Source: an uncultured delta proteobacterium
Lineage (GTDB): Bacteria; Myxococcota; Myxococcia; Myxococcales; Myxococcaceae
Direction of reading: 5' to 3'
DNA length: 64,000 nucleotides
Assembly: GCA_963796055.1 (NCBI GenBank)
Contig: CAWCKH010000006.1
Span: 64,001-128,000 of the forward strand
Of this stretch, positions 59,878-64,000 are shown in pieces. Each line of letters opens with the position of its first letter. Position 1 is the first letter of the stretch. Both the position numbers and the translations under genes were made by a program. The notes beneath the pieces were generated by a model, which was not told the origin of the DNA, made no database searches, and saw only the letters and a program-made list of their open reading frames with translations.

Positions 59878-59935
59878 TCGTTGCTGTTTGTCAGGGAGCG
59901 GAGGGATCCTGGGCCGCTCCGGGGAGTGGTGATCG

Positions 59936-61303
59936 ATGGCCGTCGTCCAGCCGCTGCGTCCACAGACCGAGGATCTTGCCGCCGAGCGCGCGGTGCTCGG
60001 AGCGGTCCTGGCGGACAACACGGTAGTGGCCTCCGTGGCCGAGGTCGTCCTCGCCGATGACTTCTCCAACCCCGCGCACGCGCAGATCTTCGCCGCGATG
60101 CTGGCCCTCGACGGGACCCAGCGTCCGGTCGACCACCTCACCCTCTCCGAGGAGCTGAAGACCCGGGGCCAGCTCGCGGGTGTGGGCGGTCCGGCGTACC
60201 TCATGACCCTGGACCAGGTGGTCCCCCTGGCGTCCAGCGCCGTGGAGTACGCGCGCATCGTCAAGGACCAGTCGGTCCGGCGGCGGCTGGCGGGCGTGGG
60301 GCGGGAGATCCTCGAGCTGGCCAGCCAGGACACCGGCGAGCTGGATGCCATCCTCGACGAGGCCGAGCGCCGGGTCTTCCAGCTGGCGGAGCGGAAGCGC
60401 GAAGGAGAGCTGAGGCCCGTCCGGGAGCTGATGGAGCGCACGCTCAATCTGCTCGACCGGATGAAGATGTCCTCCAGCGGCGTCACCGGGCTCTCCACCG
60501 GCTTCGTCGACCTCGACCTGCAGCTCACCGGCCTCCACCCTGGCGAGCTGCTGATTCTCGCCGCGCGCCCCGGGGTGGGGAAGACCTCGCTGGCGATGAA
60601 CGTGGCGATGCACGTGGCGCTCAAGGAAGAGCGCCCGGTGGGCATCTTCTCGCTGGAGATGCCGGCGGATCAGCTGCTGATGCGGCTCCTGGCCAGCGCC
60701 GCCCGGGTGGACATGAAGAAGCTCCGGGGCGGGCGACTGACTCCTCACGACGAGGAGAAGTTCCAGGAGGTCGCCGGGAGCCTGTTCAACGCCCCGCTGT
60801 TCATCGACGACACCGGCGCCCTGTCCCCCTTCGACCTCCGGGCCAAGGCCCGGCGGCTGAAGCAGAAGAACCAGGGCCTGGGGCTCCTGGTGGTGGACTA
60901 CCTGCAGCTCATGCACCAGAAGGGCAAGGTGGAGAGCCGGCAGCTCGAGGTGAGCGAGATCAGCCGCTCCCTCAAGGCGCTGGCCAAGGAGCTGGAGGTG
61001 CCCATCCTCGCCCTGAGCCAGCTGAACCGGAAGGTGGAGGAGCGCAAGGGGGGCCGGCCGATGCTCTCCGACCTCCGCGAGTCCGGCGCCATCGAGCAGG
61101 ACGCCGACGTGGTGATGTTCATTCACCGCGACGACGACGGCGACGACGAGGAGAGCAGCGGAGGCTCGGGCTACGGCGCGGGACGCGGGGCGACGCCGGT
61201 GGAGCTCATCGTCGCCAAGCAGCGAAACGGACCGACCGGGACCATCGATCTCGTCTTCCTCTCCGAGTTCACCCGGTTCGAGAGCCGGGCGCGGGTCGAC
61301 TGA
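59936..61303 (+). CDS. dnaB: Replicative DNA helicase
   Basis: Motifs AARPGVGKT, FSLEM, VDYLQL, LSQLNR, DLRESGAIEQDAD and KQRNGPTG. Confidence 0.97.
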   Translation: MAVVQPLRPQTEDLAAERAVLGAVLADNTVVASVAEVVLADDFSNPAHAQIFAAMLALDGTQRPVDHLTLSEELKTRGQLAGVGGPAYLMTLDQVVPLASSAVEYARIVKDQSVRRRLAGVGREILELASQDTGELDAILDEAERRVFQLAERKREGELRPVRELMERTLNLLDRMKMSSSGVTGLSTGFVDLDLQLTGLHPGELLILAARPGVGKTSLAMNVAMHVALKEERPVGIFSLEMPADQLLMRLLASAARVDMKKLRGGRLTPHDEEKFQEVAGSLFNAPLFIDDTGALSPFDLRAKARRLKQKNQGLGLLVVDYLQLMHQKGKVESRQLEVSEISRSLKALAKELEVPILALSQLNRKVEERKGGRPMLSDLRESGAIEQDADVVMFIHRDDDGDDEESSGGSGYGAGRGATPVELIVAKQRNGPTGTIDLVFLSEFTRFESRARVD

Positions 61304-61462
61304 CACCTCGTTTGGAGACGAGGTCCACGCTCGCACGCCGTGGGGATCGTGCTCGAGGTGTCGGGGGGCCGTGACACGCCCGCTTCGGCCGCTGGCCTCC
61401 ACGGTCCTTGGGGCCCAGGAGCAGAGGGCAGACGAGACCGTACAGCGCCCAGCTGCGTCGCT

Positions 61463-62230
61463 TCAGTTCGCCTCCAGGGACTCCCCGGAGTCGGCCGGCG
61501 CGCGCCTGGGGATCGGAACGAGTCCTCGCACCTCCTGGCGGTAGGCGAAATACCGCGCTCCGTACTCCCGCACCAGGTCCCGCTCCTCGAGCTGGATGGC
61601 GACCAGGATGTACCCCAGCGTGGCCAGGGCGAAGACCAGGTGCCCGAGCGTCATCCTCGGCGCCGCCCAGAACGCGACGATGAAGCCCAGGTAGATGGGG
61701 TGGCGCACCAGCTTGTAGAGCACCGGGGTCCGGAACCGCGGCGCGGGGAGCTCCCGTCGTCGGGCCGCCAGGTAGACCTGCCGGAGGCCGAAGAGCTCGA
61801 AGTGGTTGATGAGGAACGTGCCGAAGAACACGATTCCCCACCCGAGCAGCGACAGCGTGGTGAGGGCGAGACGCGCTCCCGCGCCGTCGACCTGCCAGAG
61901 CACCGCAGGGATCGGACGCCAGAAATGGAAGAGCGCGATCAGACACCCGCTCGCGGCGAGCACGTAGGTGCTGCGCTCGATGGGTGCGGGGAGGATCCGG
62001 GTCCACGCCGCCTTGAAGCCCCGCCGGGCCATCCCGCTGTGCTGCACGGCGAACAGGGTCAGCAGCAGGGCGTCGACCAGCAGCGCCCTGCCGGCCGGAA
62101 CCAGCGGTCCTCCCTGGTCGATGGCGCGGGGAACGAGCACGTTCCCGACGAACCCGATCGCGTAGGAGATGGTCCCCAGAAACCCCAGGTAGCAAAGAGC
62201 TCCGTACAGCACGTACCCCATGCGCTTCAT
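61463..62230 (-). CDS. mddA: Methanethiol S-methyltransferase (MddA; ICMT-like membrane methyltransferase)
   Basis: Motifs FAVQHSGMAR..FK..WT, IERSTYVL, INHFELFGLRQV, LYKLVRHPIYLGF..AFWA.P.MT.GHL.FA and LEERDLV. Confidence 0.8.
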   Translation of the reverse strand: MKRMGYVLYGALCYLGFLGTISYAIGFVGNVLVPRAIDQGGPLVPAGRALLVDALLLTLFAVQHSGMARRGFKAAWTRILPAPIERSTYVLAASGCLIALFHFWRPIPAVLWQVDGAGARLALTTLSLLGWGIVFFGTFLINHFELFGLRQVYLAARRRELPAPRFRTPVLYKLVRHPIYLGFIVAFWAAPRMTLGHLVFALATLGYILVAIQLEERDLVREYGARYFAYRQEVRGLVPIPRRAPADSGESLEAN

Positions 62231-63195
62231 GTCACGCCTCCTTCGAGCGCGCGGGTGCACGCCCGTTCCTCGATGAACCCGGCGATGTCCTTCCAGGCCC
62301 GGCGGCTCTCGGCGAGCCAGGGCAAGGTCAGCGGCCAGTCGTGCTGCATCTCCTCGCCCACCAGGAGCCGGGCGTCGGTCCCGCTGACCTGGGCGCGCGC
62401 CACCAGCCGGCGCGTCTCCTCGGCGAGCAGCTCGTGCTCTCCCACCAGCACCAGCAGCGGCGGCAGCTCGGACAGATCGGCGAGGGCCGGCGACACCAGC
62501 GGGTCCCGGGCATCGGCCTGGCCGACGTAGTACCGAGCCCAGCGGCTCAGGTGCTCGTGGCTCAGCCACAGGTCGCGATGAGGGCCGATCGCCGGCGAGT
62601 CGGCGAGGTTGGCCCAAGGCGACAGCAGGACCGCGCCCCGGGGGCCGGATTCACCCAGCGCCCGCAGGCGGATCATCAGGCTGAGCGCCAGGCCACCTCC
62701 GGCGGAGTCACCGGCAACGAACGCTGGTCGGCCGCCGCGGAGCGTGGTCAGGAAGCGCCAGGCGGCGACCGCGTCCTCGAGCGCGGCGGGAAACGCATGC
62801 TCCGGCGCCAGGCGGTAGTCGGGAACGAGCACCTCGGCGTCACACCGGTAGCTGAGGCGAACCGCCCGGCTTCGGTACGAGGCAGGCGAGCCCATCACGT
62901 ATGCCCCGCCGTGCAGATAGAGGATCGTGCGGCCGGGTCGCCGCGTCGCCCGCACGCTCTCGATGGCCAGCTGGTCCACCCGATGGTCGGCGAAAACCAC
63001 CGACGGATGCCGCTGCAGCATCTCGGCCCGGGAGGTCCGACCGAAGCGCTCGAACCGGCGACGCATCGTGCCCGGCGGCGTGGTGGCGCAAAACAGCGTG
63101 CGGGTCACCACTCCGTAGGCCCGGAGCGACAGCCAGCGGGTGATTCGATCGGCGGTCCTCGATCGCTGAACCGATCCACGTGCGCCGTGGTGCAT
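62227..63195 (-). CDS. HSL-family (family IV) alpha/beta hydrolase / esterase
   Basis: Motifs LHGGAY, DYRLAPEH.FPA, GDSAGGGL, SP, VGEHE and MQHDW. ATGA overlap with the mddA start. Confidence 0.9.
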   Translation of the reverse strand: MHHGARGSVQRSRTADRITRWLSLRAYGVVTRTLFCATTPPGTMRRRFERFGRTSRAEMLQRHPSVVFADHRVDQLAIESVRATRRPGRTILYLHGGAYVMGSPASYRSRAVRLSYRCDAEVLVPDYRLAPEHAFPAALEDAVAAWRFLTTLRGGRPAFVAGDSAGGGLALSLMIRLRALGESGPRGAVLLSPWANLADSPAIGPHRDLWLSHEHLSRWARYYVGQADARDPLVSPALADLSELPPLLVLVGEHELLAEETRRLVARAQVSGTDARLLVGEEMQHDWPLTLPWLAESRRAWKDIAGFIEERACTRALEGGVT

Positions 63196-63247
63196 GTCGG
63201 CACCCTACGGAGCGGAGGGCAGTCGAAGCTTTTGGGAAGCCTGACGG

Positions 63248-64000
63248 TTAGCTGAGGCTTTCCTGAGCGAGGAACGCCTCGACCTCGGCCACGAGCCGGA
63301 GCCAGGCCGGCTCACCCGGCAGCAGCACGTGGTTGCGGCTGTGGAGCACCAGGGTCGGCACCCGGACCTTCGGCAGTTCGGGGCGGACGTCGACGTCACC
63401 CAGCGCCGAGAGGAGGCGGGGGGTTCCAGTCCGAGAGGCCGTTGCCGCGGGCGTCGTACCGCACCAGGGTGCGACCGCGCCCGAGGAGGGCCAGCCAGTG
63501 CCGCCAGACCTCGAACTGCCAGTCCAGCTCCAGGTGACTGAGCCAGTTGGCCGCCTTGACCAGCGGGGGGCCGTCCCCGAGCTTCGCGTATGCCAGGCGT
63601 GCACCGTCGGGAGCCTTGCAGAAGTACACCCGCTGCCGGGGGGACGCGGCTGGCGAGGCCGCTGCACCGTTGGGGTGCGCGACGTCGGTGATGAGGCGGT
63701 ACCCCTGGCCGCGAACGGTCTGGAGCTCCACCCCAGATGCCCCCTCGAGCACGCGCCGCACCAGCGAGACGTTCACCTGGAGGTTGTTGGGTTCGACGAC
63801 GGTGTCCGGCCACAGCCGGTCGATGAGGTCCTGCTGGCGCTGCAAGGTCCCCGCCCCCTCGACGAGCAGGACCAGGGTGTCGAAGGCCTTCCCGGAGAGG
63901 GCACGACGGAGCCGTCGCGCAGGAGCCTTCGTTCGTGCGCCTCGAGGAGCGTAGAACGGGGATTCGGACGGGCCGGGGGGTGACCGCTCCGGGCGACCGT
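63248..64000 (-). pseudogene. Decayed winged-HTH (OmpR/CadC-type) + alpha/beta-hydrolase regulator
   Basis: wHTH part is RRLLRDG..V.L..KAFDTL..LVE, LWPDTVVEPNNLQVNVS and TVRGQGYR. Hydrolase start is ANWLSHLE..W and RYDARGNGLSD. It then jumps to the C-terminus with no nucleophile elbow. Frameshifts at ~63420 and ~63900; the 5' end is unclear. Confidence 0.7.

Overview
Very GC-rich bacterial chromosome, most likely a myxobacterium (Myxococcota). This is inferred from the mevalonate operon, the DUF4388 and degenerate GGDEF genes beside dapF, the spoVG-prs-rplY-pth-rpsF-rpsR-rplI-dnaB order, and the myxobacterial-style Wzy/PCP genes. (1) 1-30.2 kb is an accessory Wzy-dependent surface-polysaccharide locus: GT2, GT4, WecG, WecB, AsnB-type amidotransferase, two methyltransferases, acyltransferase, Wzy, a PCP with a separate BY-pseudokinase, GH9, DUF4038 and two near-identical beta-helix paralogues. 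Its most unusual feature is a stripped-down CusB/CusA copper-RND pair in the same run of genes as the sugar enzymes, pointing at a lipoprotein copper-radical (AA5/galactose oxidase-like) oxidase. (2) 31.7-37.2 kb is the mevalonate operon. (3) 37.6-38.4 kb is a non-coding 10 x 83-bp tandem array, whose leading motif also occurs right after stop codons at two other convergent gene junctions. (4) 38.4-61.3 kb holds signalling and housekeeping genes. (5) 61.5-64 kb holds mddA, an esterase and a decayed regulator. Several frameshifts look like sequencing errors; three are single-base insertions inside RGATCY, suggesting a methylation footprint. No rRNA, tRNA, CRISPR or transposase was seen. All calls come from motif recognition by eye; no searches were run.
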